NCBI GenBank assembly: GCA_963842085.1 | Contig: CAWJET010000001.1 | Location: forward strand, 1,600,001 to 1,664,000 | Length of the DNA: 64,000 nucleotides | Direction: 5' to 3' | Source: an uncultured delta proteobacterium | GTDB taxonomy: Bacteria > Desulfobacterota > Binatia > Binatales > Binataceae | Shown here: piece after piece, positions 32,427 through 42,491 of the stretch | Numbering within the stretch: the stretch's first letter is position 1 | Layout of the letters: every line of letters begins with the position of its first letter | The notes under the pieces: generated by a model | Seen by the model: the letters and a program-made list of their open reading frames with translations, nothing else | Told to the model about the DNA's origin: nothing | The model's database searches: none | Translations under genes and position numbers: made by a program

Positions 32427-33398
32427 ATGAGTGATATGTCGCAAAGTACAGGTCACATCCCTGCGAGCATTCAGCGCGGATTGAAAGCAGCTGCAAGTGC
32501 GTACGATACGGCAGTCGACGCGAAGGGTTCGGGCGCAGTCGCAATAAGTCGCAGGTCCGATCTCTCATACGATGAGTTTGTTCGAGAGTATCGCGATCCT
32601 CGTGTTCCAGTCATTCTGACTGACGCTATCAGTGAGTGGCCGGCCCTCTCCAAATGGTCACCCGAGTTCTTCAAGAGATACTATTCCTCGACCCAAGTGA
32701 CTATAGACGGTCGCTACGGCAATACTGAGCAGGGCCGCCATAGCCTGGGCGATATGATCGATGCGATCTTAAGGTCGACAATGTCATCGCCGGCTCCTTA
32801 CCTGAAGAATCAAAATCTAATCGACGTTCATCCCGAGTTGCGCGCGGATATGTCGCCTCTCCCGATCTATGCGTTTCCAAATTGGCTGGATGGGCCGTTC
32901 TCGGGGAAGTTGTACGACCGCTTCCACCGAGGGGAACCCGAACTGCATATAGGCGGACCCGGTGCAGTCTTCCCTTCGATGCACCACGATTACGGTCTCA
33001 TTCATACCTTTATCTCACAGATTTATGGGCAAAAGAAAGTCAAGGCGTTATCACCGGCCCAGTCTCAATTTGTTTATCCGAAGCTCGGAGAGAATCATCA
33101 CGGCTCGCGTATACCGGATATCGATCATGTGGATCTTGAACAGTTTCCTTTGTTCGCAAAAGCGGTTTTGATGACCGCCGATCTGCAACCGGGTGACACT
33201 TTGTTCGTACCAGCTGGTTGGTGGCATACGACTCGTATGGCTTCGGTGTCGATAACCGCCTCTTTCAACTTTGCTAACGCCTCCAACTGGTCAGATCTCT
33301 CACGTGAATGCGGCTACCTGGTTCCGATCTTTCCGAAGCTCAGGTTTCAGACCTATTTGCTTTTCTTGAGGCTTTTCCGGTCTGTGCTCGGCCATTGA
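32427..33398 (+). CDS. JmjC/Cupin_8 Fe(II)/2-oxoglutarate oxygenase
   Basis: PVILTDAISEWPALSKW, HxD (MHHD), LQPGDTLFVPAGWWH. Confidence 0.92.
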   Translation: MSDMSQSTGHIPASIQRGLKAAASAYDTAVDAKGSGAVAISRRSDLSYDEFVREYRDPRVPVILTDAISEWPALSKWSPEFFKRYYSSTQVTIDGRYGNTEQGRHSLGDMIDAILRSTMSSPAPYLKNQNLIDVHPELRADMSPLPIYAFPNWLDGPFSGKLYDRFHRGEPELHIGGPGAVFPSMHHDYGLIHTFISQIYGQKKVKALSPAQSQFVYPKLGENHHGSRIPDIDHVDLEQFPLFAKAVLMTADLQPGDTLFVPAGWWHTTRMASVSITASFNFANASNWSDLSRECGYLVPIFPKLRFQTYLLFLRLFRSVLGH

Positions 33399-33627
33399 GA
33401 TGAGTCGTTATCGGGGGCTAACGCTAGATGTGGTGAGTCCGCGCAAACGTCATGGGTGAGGTCTGTGCTCGATCCTTCTGAGCCTTGTCGCGGTCCTCTG
33501 TTTAATTGATAGATGAACCGGAAGTGTGAAAGATGAAAGGGGCACAGATTATGTCGAGGTAAGTTCAAACTGGTAAAATATTTCAAAAAGTGTATCTTTA
33601 ACGTAGGCTCACAGTTGGCTATGTCCT

Positions 33628-34419
33628 ATGGCCGAAGGTTTGTGCATGAACACTGTAACCACAACGCGCGCGGATCGGGGGTATGAAAAGGCTGCGCGGA
33701 TAGACCCGTACTATGCAGTCATTCCATTTCCGCAGTTCCGGCGTTCGCAACTGTCCGAAGAGCATCTTCAGGAGTTCTTCGCCATCGGCGAGCAACACAT
33801 CGAGAATGTGATCTCGACAATCCGCAAACATTTCGCACCCGACTTCACGCCGCATCGGGTCCTCGATTATGGATGCGGAACGGGGCGGCTTGTAATACCG
33901 CTGAGCAGACGTGCGGAGCGTGTGGTCGGAGTTGACATCTCCCCGAGTATGCTTTCGGAGACACGCGTGAACTGCGACCGGTTCGGCGTCGACAACGTAG
34001 AACTCGTGCTAGCGGATGACAATCTTACGCGAGTAACGGGTAAGTTCGATCTGATCCATTCAACCATCGTGTTTCAGCACGTTCCCGCGAAGCGGGTGGA
34101 AAAGATCGTCAGAGGGCTGATCCCACACTTGGAACCCGGAGGATTTGGGTCGCTACATTTTCTTTTTTGGTCTCCGGCCAAGATGAGAATCGCCAGGTTC
34201 GTGAAACGGACAATTCCTTTCGGTAACGCTATCGCGAACCGGCTCAAGGGTCGTCCACGAGATTTCGGCTATATCGACTTACACCCGCTGTCTATGGACC
34301 GCATCGCGACTGTTCTCTGCGAAGGCGGCGCACGGGAAATATGGGCGGAGTTTCACGATTGGAAAGCCAAGTCCGACGATCGAACTGTCCATGTGACCTT
34401 CCGCTGTCCCGGCGGTTGA
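33628..34419 (+). CDS. Class I SAM-dependent methyltransferase
   Basis: VLDYGCGTGR, GVDISPSML, IVFQHVP. Confidence 0.92.
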   Translation: MAEGLCMNTVTTTRADRGYEKAARIDPYYAVIPFPQFRRSQLSEEHLQEFFAIGEQHIENVISTIRKHFAPDFTPHRVLDYGCGTGRLVIPLSRRAERVVGVDISPSMLSETRVNCDRFGVDNVELVLADDNLTRVTGKFDLIHSTIVFQHVPAKRVEKIVRGLIPHLEPGGFGSLHFLFWSPAKMRIARFVKRTIPFGNAIANRLKGRPRDFGYIDLHPLSMDRIATVLCEGGAREIWAEFHDWKAKSDDRTVHVTFRCPGG

Positions 34420-34612
34420 CCCAGAGTCAAGAGTCATCTGCAAGGCAATCGTTTCTACTCGACGGCCTCCACCGCGGTTTGAACCCTCATGGCAGGCACC
34501 CTCGGCCTTACCCCTTTAGGATCACCCTCGCAAATTAGTGGTGTCGGGGTTTTGATTCACTCTGTCTGCTCCGTATGCGCATCGTTATTCGTCAGGACTC
34601 CTGGTGTTGACG

Positions 34613-34745
34613 TGTCAGAGCGAGTCAAGGATTTAGATCTGGAGTGCGCAATGTGACTGTCCCAAAATGGCGTTGTTCGGCGTCCGCGATCTGATCGTCG
34701 TCCAAGGGCGATCGCGTTGCCGCGAACCACATTTCCGCCGGCGTT
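34613..34745. repeat. Scrambled copy of the manC 3' end and its downstream sequence (38899-39175)
   Basis: 22-bp exact direct match to 38899-38920, followed by an inverted match to manC codons MVLFGVRDLIVV. Confidence 0.88.
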
Positions 34746-34759
34746 GCCGACCGCGGCTC

Positions 34760-35180
34760 CTGTCCTCACCGGCTGCATCCTCCGACTGCTCCGGCGGTGG
34801 CCGCGCAGGCGCTCGAGTTGCGCCGCCAGCGCATGCTGATGAAGCAGATCGCCGCGCAGCTCGCGCTCAGCATCGCCACTGTGAGCCGAGTGCTCAAGCG
34901 CAGCGGGCTGTCCCGGCTAAGCGCCCTGTCAGCGCCGCCGCCCATCCAACGTTACGAGTATCCCGCCGCCGGCGACTTGCTCCATCTCGACACCAAGAAG
35001 CTCGGCCGCTTCCACCGGGTCGGCTCAGGCATCACCGGCACTCACTAAAAGCGCAGCCTCGGGGCTGGGTTCGAAGTCGCCCACGTCTGCGTCGACGACC
35101 ATTCGCGCCTGGCCTACGCCGAAGTCCTGCCCAACGAGCGCAAGGAGACCACCACCGCGTTCCTCCCCGCACCCTTGATC
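34760..35180 (+). mobile_element. IS481-family transposase fragment (internal stop)
   Basis: ATVSRVLKRSGLSRL...RYE...GDLLHLDTKKLGRF...HVCVDDHSRLAYAEVLPNE. Confidence 0.9.
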
Positions 35181-35224
35181 ACTTCCCCGCCAACCGCCGC
35201 CGCGCGGAGGCCTCGCGGCAGGCC

Positions 35225-35356
35225 TGAGGCGTTGCCTTGCCGTTCGCGAGATTGCCACTTCCAGCCCTGCCCCAACACCGGCACGATCTTCTCTGCCGTG
35301 TACCTTCGCTTCGCCATCCTCGGGTCCTCCTGGTCCAGCGATTTGCTAACTCTACA
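35225..35356 (-). mobile_element. IS3-family left end / orfA fragment
   Basis: TGTAGAG... end, GGAGG RBS, MAKRRYTAEKIV. Confidence 0.6.
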
Positions 35357-35384
35357 GCCGGTACAAAATCCCCTGGGCAGTCCA

Positions 35385-35570
35385 GTGTGCTCGAGGCCGA
35401 GCACGGCTTCCGCCAGCTCGCCGGCTATCGTGCTATTCCGACCCTGGTGCCGCCCTGCGTGCGCACGATGCGCAACTCGATCGGGCTGAAGAAAAACTTG
35501 CCACCGCACAGAATGCCGCTTAACTGACTATGCAGCCGCTACTCAATTCCAACAGCGCAATGGACATTAC
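35385..35570 (+). mobile_element. IS256-like 3' fragment
   Basis: VLEAEHGFRQLAGYRAIPTLV, followed by an end-like sequence aattccaacagcgcaatggaca. Confidence 0.6.
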
Positions 35571-36092
35571 CTGCGCAGCATCGAACATCTGTGGATAAGG
35601 AGCAAGCGCGTCGCGGACGCACGCATGTCGCCTCCGCGACGACGACCTGATAGCGGTGTCGCCAATGGGTTCATGTACTTCCTCTTGCTCTACTAGATTG
35701 CATCGAAACGGTTCGCCTATGTCAATTTTCACGTCACGTTAAACTTCTGACCTTCACAGTACAGTCACCCGAGGCCCTCCGACGTCCACTCAACCGGGTA
35801 AATCCACGGAGCGAATCTGCTTGAAAGTGCGAGGCGAGGATCCAGGCGCCTGCGTGACGCCGCGATGGCAGCGAAGGCCGGAGGCCGCCTGCTTTTGCCC
35901 AACGCCGTCGCTTGCACCCCGGTGAGTTCGATCGGCGCGAGGTAGCCTCTTAAAAACGCTATGCCTATTGTCAGAGCCTGCGACTTCTAGTAAAGTTAGG
36001 TAGACAGTTTGTAGTTCAAGGGGAAGTGAAGTAAAAAAACATATGCAGAATCGACCTGCACTGCAGACAGTTGTGGATAAAACGAGCCTGCC

Positions 36093-36118
36093 AGAAGAAG
36101 GAACCCCTTTTCTTTTTT
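36093..36118 (+). terminator. Possible intrinsic terminator
   Basis: agaagaagg-aacc-ccttttct imperfect hairpin followed by a T run. Confidence 0.3.
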
Positions 36119-36266
36119 GCCGAAATCTGCTTTGTTTGCATTTGTATGGCAGAAGTAGGCGTTGGGCAACTTAGGTGGAAAAAGGTGAAGATAGCGCGGG
36201 AGAATAACGTAAGTTATAATTTAAGTATAATCGTGGTTGGGGCGGTCTAACCAGAAGAGGTGGAGA

Positions 36267-36536
36267 TTGAAAGAACAAGGAATTGACAGCTCGGTTGAGG
36301 GCGCAAACAAATTCTATACGGTCAGTCAGTTGGCTGAGCTCCTTCAACTCACCGAAATGACCATATATCGGATGGCGGCGCGGGGGGATCTTCCGCACTA
36401 TTCGATTGGGCGAATGAAACGTTTCCGGTCAGACGATTTGGAGCGCTATCTCGCTAATCGCAGGGTACCGGGGTCGGAAGAGGCGAAATCCTCAGGACTT
36501 AGGCGCCGGCCCGCCAAAAGAATGGTCACCCGCTAG
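36267..36536 (+). CDS. Excisionase-like HTH_17 DNA-binding protein
   Basis: YTVSQLAELLQLTEMTIYRMAARGDLPHYSIGRMKRF; TTG start with GGAG. Confidence 0.85.
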   Translation: MKEQGIDSSVEGANKFYTVSQLAELLQLTEMTIYRMAARGDLPHYSIGRMKRFRSDDLERYLANRRVPGSEEAKSSGLRRRPAKRMVTR

Positions 36537-36749
36537 ATTCAGCGTCGTTCGCTAGACTACGTCGGCGCGCATTCCGGGCGCTCAGAGTAGCTCGTGGTTT
36601 GGCGGTCAGTGACGGCTGGTCTCCTCGTATGTTGCCGAAGGGGGGAAACGGCAAGCAGAATTGGTGGCGGTGCGGCAAGTCGAAGCTTCCTTGTGCAAAA
36701 CAGCCCGCGAGATGCCGCAAACCATGCTCGCGGCCGAACAGTCGCGGGG

Positions 36750-36830
36750 CCGCAGCCGCGGCTTTCGATAGTTTCTCGCGCTCTTCTTGCAGCACCCGGT
36801 GCTCACGCCGCAGCCGCCGGACGGCCCGCA
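36750..36830 (-). mobile_element. IS3 orfA C-terminal fragment
   Basis: VRRLRREHRVLQEEREKLSKAAA. Confidence 0.5.
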
Positions 36831-37347
36831 TAGCGCTCCACGCGCGCCACTAGCTCGCAAATCAACTGAGCAGTCGATTTGACCTCCGTCGAGAGAGATC
36901 CTACGCCCTGCTCGCCCCGACTCGAGCGTTCGGCGCCAGTATTCTGGCATGTACTGTGCGTTCGGCATCGTGGTTCTCGTTTCCCTTCCCACTCCGCTAC
37001 TCTCCGCGAAACCAGGTCAGCTCCAGACTGCGCTTCGGAGCCTCTGCCCATTTGAGTGTCTGGGCTGCCGGACCGCGCTCGCACATCTCTGGAAATCCCG
37101 CGCACTAATCATTTCTGCTGTGATAAAGAAATATGCTTAAGGAAAGAAAAATGCTATAAAATCGCCCCGAGGCGAGCTGGTGGGGATAGCAAGCGCTCGG
37201 GTCGAGGCCGATTGTCGATTCGCACGCAGAGTCGATCGAGGCAAAGCTGGTCTAGGCATCGGCTAGCGCGCGCCTTGCGGCGCTCTGAGTTGCTCCGCGG
37301 CTAGCTTCACGAAGAAGTGGAAGGACTTTTGCGATGTCATCGAACCC

Positions 37348-38532
37348 GTGAGGCATTTGGCTGGTACAGCGGTCGGTCAACGAACAAAAGATGGCGCGCC
37401 CGCAGTCGCTAGCGAGCACGAGGGTGCTGCGGCGCCATCGGCGAGTCGCGTCCCCGAGCTCACCGTCATCGTGCCCACGCTGAACGAGCGCAACAACATA
37501 GTTCCCCTACTTGATTTGATCGACACGGCGCTTGAGGGTGTCGCTTGGGAGGTAATCTTCGTCGACGACGATTCGCGCGACGGCACGGCAGATGCGGTGC
37601 GCGAAATCGCTCGGCGTGATGCGCGCGTGCGCTGTCTGCAGCGGCTCGGACGGCGGGGACTCTCCAGCGCTTGCATCGAGGGCGTGCTCGCTTGTGCCTC
37701 ACCTTATGTGGCGGTGATGGATGCCGACTTGCAGCATGACGAACGGCTGCTCCCGCAAATGCTGCACGTGCTCAAGAACGAGCCTTACGATCTCGTTGTT
37801 GGAAGCCGCTACGTCGACGGCGGCGGGCTCGGCGGTTGGGACGAGAGGCGAGCCACCATCAGCAGCTTGGCCACGCGACTCTCTCGGGTCATTTGCAAGG
37901 CAGAAATTGCCGATCCAATGAGTGGGTTTTTCATGGCTCGTCGCGAGGTGTTCGAAGCTGCCTTGCGCAAACTCTCGGGCGAAGGCTTCAAGATCCTGCT
38001 CGACCTACTAGCCTCATCGCCTAAGCCAGTTCGCCAAAAGGAGTTGCCCTTTCAATTTCGTCAACGCCAGCACGGCGACAGCAAGCTCGACACTCTCGTC
38101 GCGTGGGAATTTGGCATGCTGCTGGCCGACAAGTTGATCGGACACATCGTACCGGTGCGTTTTGCGCTCTTTGCCTTTATCGGCGCGCTAGGTCTTGTTT
38201 TGCATCTGGGTGTGCTGTGGTCGAGCTTGACTCTACTCGGTACGAGCTTTGTCACAGCACAGGCAATGGCCACTGCTTTAGCGATGACCTTCAACTTCTT
38301 TCTCAACAACCTCTTTACCTATCGTGATCAGCGGCTTAGGGGAGCCCGTCTCATTCGTGGGCTCGCGTCGTTTTATCTGATCTGTGGCGTTGGCGCGTTT
38401 GCGAACGTCGGAGTCGCTTCTTACGTCTTCGCGGCCCACAACGCTTGGTGGGTTGCTGGAATCAGCGGCGTCGTGATTGGTTCGGTTTGGAATTACGCAG
38501 TGTCTTCGGTGTTCACCTGGAACCGGCGCTGA
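37348..38532 (+). CDS. Polyprenol-phosphate mannose synthase-like GT2 fused to a GtrA domain
   Basis: VPTLNERNNI, VDDDSRDGT, VMDADLQHD, DPMSGFF; 4-TM C-terminus. Confidence 0.92.
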   Translation: MRHLAGTAVGQRTKDGAPAVASEHEGAAAPSASRVPELTVIVPTLNERNNIVPLLDLIDTALEGVAWEVIFVDDDSRDGTADAVREIARRDARVRCLQRLGRRGLSSACIEGVLACASPYVAVMDADLQHDERLLPQMLHVLKNEPYDLVVGSRYVDGGGLGGWDERRATISSLATRLSRVICKAEIADPMSGFFMARREVFEAALRKLSGEGFKILLDLLASSPKPVRQKELPFQFRQRQHGDSKLDTLVAWEFGMLLADKLIGHIVPVRFALFAFIGALGLVLHLGVLWSSLTLLGTSFVTAQAMATALAMTFNFFLNNLFTYRDQRLRGARLIRGLASFYLICGVGAFANVGVASYVFAAHNAWWVAGISGVVIGSVWNYAVSSVFTWNRR

Positions 38533-38610
38533 GGCCGCGCTGCTTCGCTGTCGCGCTCGCTTTTCGTCCAGCGACACAAATCTCGAGAAGCAGATCGACC
38601 TGCTGCGCCC

Positions 38611-38874
38611 TCATTGTTTTTCGTGGAGCCTTGGATCATCAGTCGATATACATCGACTAGCCTCGAAATATTCGGCGGCATCCGGTTCAGAATCTCGAAG
38701 CGAGTCGATAATCTCACGTCTGCGTGCTTCACAATCAGCCGCAGAGTCGTAGCTGTGATGATTAGTCCATTGGGATAACGGGGCAGTCGCAACGATCTTA
38801 AGGTCTGCACCGCTCGGGGGTGACAATAAGCACCAAGCTCCCAAGGCTAGCGTTGCGGCGTGTCGAGACTTCAT
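38611..38874 (-). CDS. Small secreted Cys-pair protein
   Basis: Signal-like MKSRHAATLALGAWCLLSPP; SAADCE...RCISTDDPRL. Confidence 0.7.
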   Translation of the reverse strand: MKSRHAATLALGAWCLLSPPSGADLKIVATAPLSQWTNHHSYDSAADCEARRREIIDSLRDSEPDAAEYFEASRCISTDDPRLHEKQ

Positions 38875-39037
38875 TCGTTTAGACTCTTGCCGTTAACCTG
38901 TCAGAGCGAGTCAAGGATTTGCATCCATCGCTGGAGTGTGCGCCCGTCCCAAATGTAAACGCCTCGGGATAAGCCACTTGAACCTAATTTAATCTGAATA
39001 GCAGAACTTCGCTTTTTAGTCGAGCCTGTGTACTCGC

Positions 39038-40105
39038 TCATAAGTAGCGTTGCAAGCCGCGGCGCTCGAGTTCTTCCGTGACGCGGCGGAGGTGTGGTGA
39101 CATCTCGCGGTGCGCCACTAGGATCGCGTCTCCCGCGTCGACGACGATCAGATCGCGCACGCCGAACAACACCATCAGGCGCGAATCCGAATGCGCCAGC
39201 ACGCGCTCGGAATCGAGCGCGATCGCTTTGCCGCGAAGCACGTTGCCGCCGGTTTTGCCAACCGCGCCCCACAGCCCATCCCACGATCCCACGTCATGCC
39301 ATGAGAATCGCGCGCGCACGCCTAGCACGTTGGTGCTTTTCTCCATTATCACGCGATCGAACGAATCGAAGCGCAGCCGCCGATAGGCGCGCGCGAGTTT
39401 CGTCCGCGGAGTCAGCGCAAGGCGTTCGGCGGCTATCCCGAGCGCCGGACAATGCTCGGCCAATTCCCGCGCTAGCATCCGCGTCGACACCACGAACATC
39501 GAGGCATTCCACAAGTAGCGCCCGCTGCGCACCATCCGGCGCGCCAGCGCGAGCGCCGGTTTCTCCACGAACTTTTCGATTCGGAATCCGGCACCGACCT
39601 TGGGACCAATCTTCTGGTAGCCGTAGCCGGATTCGGGCCGGGTCGGAGTAATCCCGATCGCGACGATAGATTCGTGCGTCGCGGCGAGACGGATCGCTTC
39701 GGCAAGCGTGCGGCGATATTTGGCGGGTGTCGCGATGTAATGATCGGCGGCCACCGCGGCGATGACTCCGTTGCCCAGTCTGCGCTTGATAATCGCGGCG
39801 CCGTAAGCGATTGCGACCGCGGTGCCTCGGGCGGCAGGTTCAACGATCAAGTTATGCGCCGGAATCAGGCCACGCAGCGCCGGCCGAAACGGCGCCTGGT
39901 GCACCGCGGCGGCCAGTACAAAAATTCGCTCGCGCGGGATGAGCGGCACATGACGCTCGATCGTATCCGCAAGCAGGCTGGTCTTACCGTCAATCGAAAA
40001 GAGCGGCTTGGGCCGCGACTCGCGACTCGCAGGCCAAAAGCGCGTGCCACGGCCGCCTGCGATAATCAGCACCGAGGCGCGCCCGGCCGCGGAAGTTCGA
40101 GCCAT
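39038..40105 (-). CDS. manC: Mannose-1-phosphate guanylyltransferase
   Basis: IIAGGRGTRFWPASR, ADHYI, GYGYQ, FVEKP, WHDVGSW. Confidence 0.93.
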   Translation of the reverse strand: MARTSAAGRASVLIIAGGRGTRFWPASRESRPKPLFSIDGKTSLLADTIERHVPLIPRERIFVLAAAVHQAPFRPALRGLIPAHNLIVEPAARGTAVAIAYGAAIIKRRLGNGVIAAVAADHYIATPAKYRRTLAEAIRLAATHESIVAIGITPTRPESGYGYQKIGPKVGAGFRIEKFVEKPALALARRMVRSGRYLWNASMFVVSTRMLARELAEHCPALGIAAERLALTPRTKLARAYRRLRFDSFDRVIMEKSTNVLGVRARFSWHDVGSWDGLWGAVGKTGGNVLRGKAIALDSERVLAHSDSRLMVLFGVRDLIVVDAGDAILVAHREMSPHLRRVTEELERRGLQRYL

Positions 40106-40109
40106 CGGA

Positions 40110-40290
40110 TCAGGTAGCACCTTCGCGGAGTTTGCCGCCGAACAGCGCTCGAGTTTCGGCCAATGCCTGTTCGCCGGTCGCTTCGAAGCGCGTAAGCAGC
40201 GCGGGCTGGGTATCTGACGCGCTCACGAAGCCCCATCCGTCGGCAAAATTCACATGCACGCCGTCACTGTCGATAACTTCAAAGTGCTTT
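40110..40290 (-). pseudogene. manB: Phosphomannomutase C-terminal (domain IV) remnant
   Basis: VIDSDGVHVNFADGWGFVSASDTQPALLTRFEA directly upstream of manC; rest of the gene absent. Confidence 0.85.
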
Positions 40291-40515
40291 CTGAAAAAAC
40301 CGATGGGCCAAGCGTGATCGTTTTTTCCCTGCCCGATGCAACGAGGTGCAATAGTCTGGCTCAAGATCGGCCACGAAGTCGGTTGTCGAAATCACTTGCG
40401 ACTGTGCCACAGACGTCGTAATCGCGAAAGACTTGCGAATTCAGCGCATCTGTCTCAACCCGCTTGAATCATAACTTAGATTAAGCGAATAAAACAGCCT
40501 ACGTATAACACTAGC

Positions 40516-40614
40516 ATGGGAGGAAACCGATAGAATTTCAAATCAGCAGGTCTCGTTTCAGCCGGGTCCGGCAGTATCAACGGCTTCTGAGCAGGTCAGG
40601 CCACTGCAGGAGCA
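40516..40614 (+). pseudogene. Inverted, broken 5' copy of the gene at 60735-61211
   Basis: Aligns to the reverse complement of 61117-61211 (QVSFQPG.AVST..EQVRPLQE). Confidence 0.9.
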
Positions 40615-40628
40615 TCACCGGCGATGTC

Positions 40629-40826
40629 CTGAAACCCCGGAAAAGAGTGTCAGTTGCTGTCAGTACTCAACGGTTGCGAATCACCATTGCCGATTCGTGG
40701 AATCTTTCCGGTCTTTTCCATGGGAAAATTCGGCCAAAGTGCGCCAGAAGGTCGGCTTTCACAGGTGTTGTGCTGTAGGCTAGTGACGATCACTGACAGC
40801 AACTGACGGTCTTTTCCGGGGTTCAG
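40629..40826. repeat. ~35-bp inverted repeat (arms 40629-40664 and 40792-40826); candidate origin or element end
   Basis: ctgaaaccccggaaaagagtgtcagttgctgtcagt vs reverse complement ctgaaccccggaaaagaccgtcagttgctgtcagt. Confidence 0.88.
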
Positions 40827-42489
40827 AAGCAGAGACCAGGGAGACTAGGCGTCTGCCGCGGATATCGGCGCGGCTGAACTGAATGTCGATTCCGACTGCG
40901 CGCAGGTTGCTTGCCATGCGCCGCAGCGCGCTGCCGAGCGCACTCGGCGCCTTGGGCCAGCGCACCGAGCGGCGCACGCCTTCGCTCTTCATGCGGTTGA
41001 GCCGGTCATACAGTTCTGCGACTGTCCCGCTAAAGCCCTCGTTGGCCAGTTCGGCCACCGGTTCGTACAGCAGCGACGACTCAAGTGCCAGGTTGTGTGT
41101 CTCGGTGCGGTTGGACTGGTAGGCAGTCATGGCCTCGCCTGGTTTCATTCCGAGGCTCTCTTCGCACGCCTTTACCCAGAGCGCGAAGTCGGCCATCCGC
41201 GGCGGCTGCTCGAGCGTGACGTTGGGCAGATTCCCAAGTCCGGCCACAACGGCATCGAGCAGGGCGCCGAGGATCCGCGGCCTTACCTCTTCGAATTCGC
41301 GCCAGAACTGCGCCTCGTCGCGGCGCATCTCGGGCTTCATGTCGAGGAACTCCACGATCACCGCGCGATCCAGAAAATCGGGCCGCGCGGCACCCAGGTC
41401 GGGAATCGCATTGAACACAATGGGACGGGTAGCGTCGAAGGTCGCTTCGTCATGATCGCTATAGAGTTCCCGGCCACCGAAACCGCCGCCGGTGGCTAGT
41501 CGGCAAGCTGCGTCGGCGAGTTCCTCTGGCAGGTGGCTCAAGTTATCGAAGCATACGATCCACGAATTCCTTGCCGCCGCGGTCAGATCGCGAACTTCAC
41601 GGGGTACGCCCCGCAGTGCCCCGGTGCGCGGGTCGATCAGCGCGCTCATTATTCTGCACGCGGTCGTCTTGCCAGCTCCCTGCTCACCCTTGGCGACCAG
41701 GATAGGGCAGGGCACGCCCGGACGTAGCGCCGCGACCAGAAAGGCCTTGATCAGCGTCCAGCCCTGGTGGTCGACGTTCAGGAAGCGGCGCAGTTCGTCG
41801 AGACCGCCGCCCCGCTCGGGTGGGGGCAGCGGGCGCGAACCACGTGTCCGATGAAATCTCGGCGGCGGTCGGTCCACTATCCGCCAACCGTCGGCGTCGA
41901 TTTCGATCGCCCGCCAAGCGCGATCGCACAGGTCGAGATAGAGTTTCTGCCGATGATTCGCGACCCGGATATTGATGGGAGACTCCTCGCCGTCAAAAAG
42001 GGCCTTGGCCTCGAACAGGTCCAGCGCGGCGCGGATGGCTTGTGCGCCCGGGCTGTTGCCGGTCTCCCGGTAATAGGTTCGCAACAGGAAGAGTTGGAAC
42101 GGGCGGGAGCGGATCGGGTGATTCTCGAAGTGCCCATCGACCCGAACCGAAGCCCAGCCGTGCTGGTCGGGGTCGTGAAAGAACTCGATTCCAGAATCGA
42201 GCACAAGTCCAATCAGTCTGTCCGCAGCGGACCCGCCGTCGCCGCGCTCCAAGGGCAGCGGAGCGCCGAGCATATGCTCGATCAGGTCGGCTTTTTCGTA
42301 CTTCTCCAGAATCCTGCGCCAGTGTTGCCACGTGAGCGGATCCCCGCGCCTGACCGCTGCGAAGGAGAGTACCGCCTCGGTCGAGACCAGCCGCTCGGGC
42401 TCTTCTGCGACTAGCGGCTCAAGTTCGCGCAGGAACAACAGAGCCAGCTCGACCGCGATGGTGCGGGATGATTCGCCTGCCGCACTCAT
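40780..42489 (-). CDS. P-loop ATPase of mobile-element primase-helicase type, with no recognisable primase domain
   Basis: Walker A GEQGAGKTT, Walker B-like IVCFDNLS, RLATGGGF..RELY, PDFLDR; ATG 42489 directly after the HNH stop. Confidence 0.8.
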   Translation of the reverse strand: MSAAGESSRTIAVELALLFLRELEPLVAEEPERLVSTEAVLSFAAVRRGDPLTWQHWRRILEKYEKADLIEHMLGAPLPLERGDGGSAADRLIGLVLDSGIEFFHDPDQHGWASVRVDGHFENHPIRSRPFQLFLLRTYYRETGNSPGAQAIRAALDLFEAKALFDGEESPINIRVANHRQKLYLDLCDRAWRAIEIDADGWRIVDRPPPRFHRTRGSRPLPPPERGGGLDELRRFLNVDHQGWTLIKAFLVAALRPGVPCPILVAKGEQGAGKTTACRIMSALIDPRTGALRGVPREVRDLTAAARNSWIVCFDNLSHLPEELADAACRLATGGGFGGRELYSDHDEATFDATRPIVFNAIPDLGAARPDFLDRAVIVEFLDMKPEMRRDEAQFWREFEEVRPRILGALLDAVVAGLGNLPNVTLEQPPRMADFALWVKACEESLGMKPGEAMTAYQSNRTETHNLALESSLLYEPVAELANEGFSGTVAELYDRLNRMKSEGVRRSVRWPKAPSALGSALRRMASNLRAVGIDIQFSRADIRGRRLVSLVSASEPRKRPSVAVSDRH

Positions 42490-42491
42490 CT

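Noticed and set aside
36072-36080. Single perfect DnaA box (tgtggataa)
   Set aside because: Isolated; no box cluster or oriC gene context.
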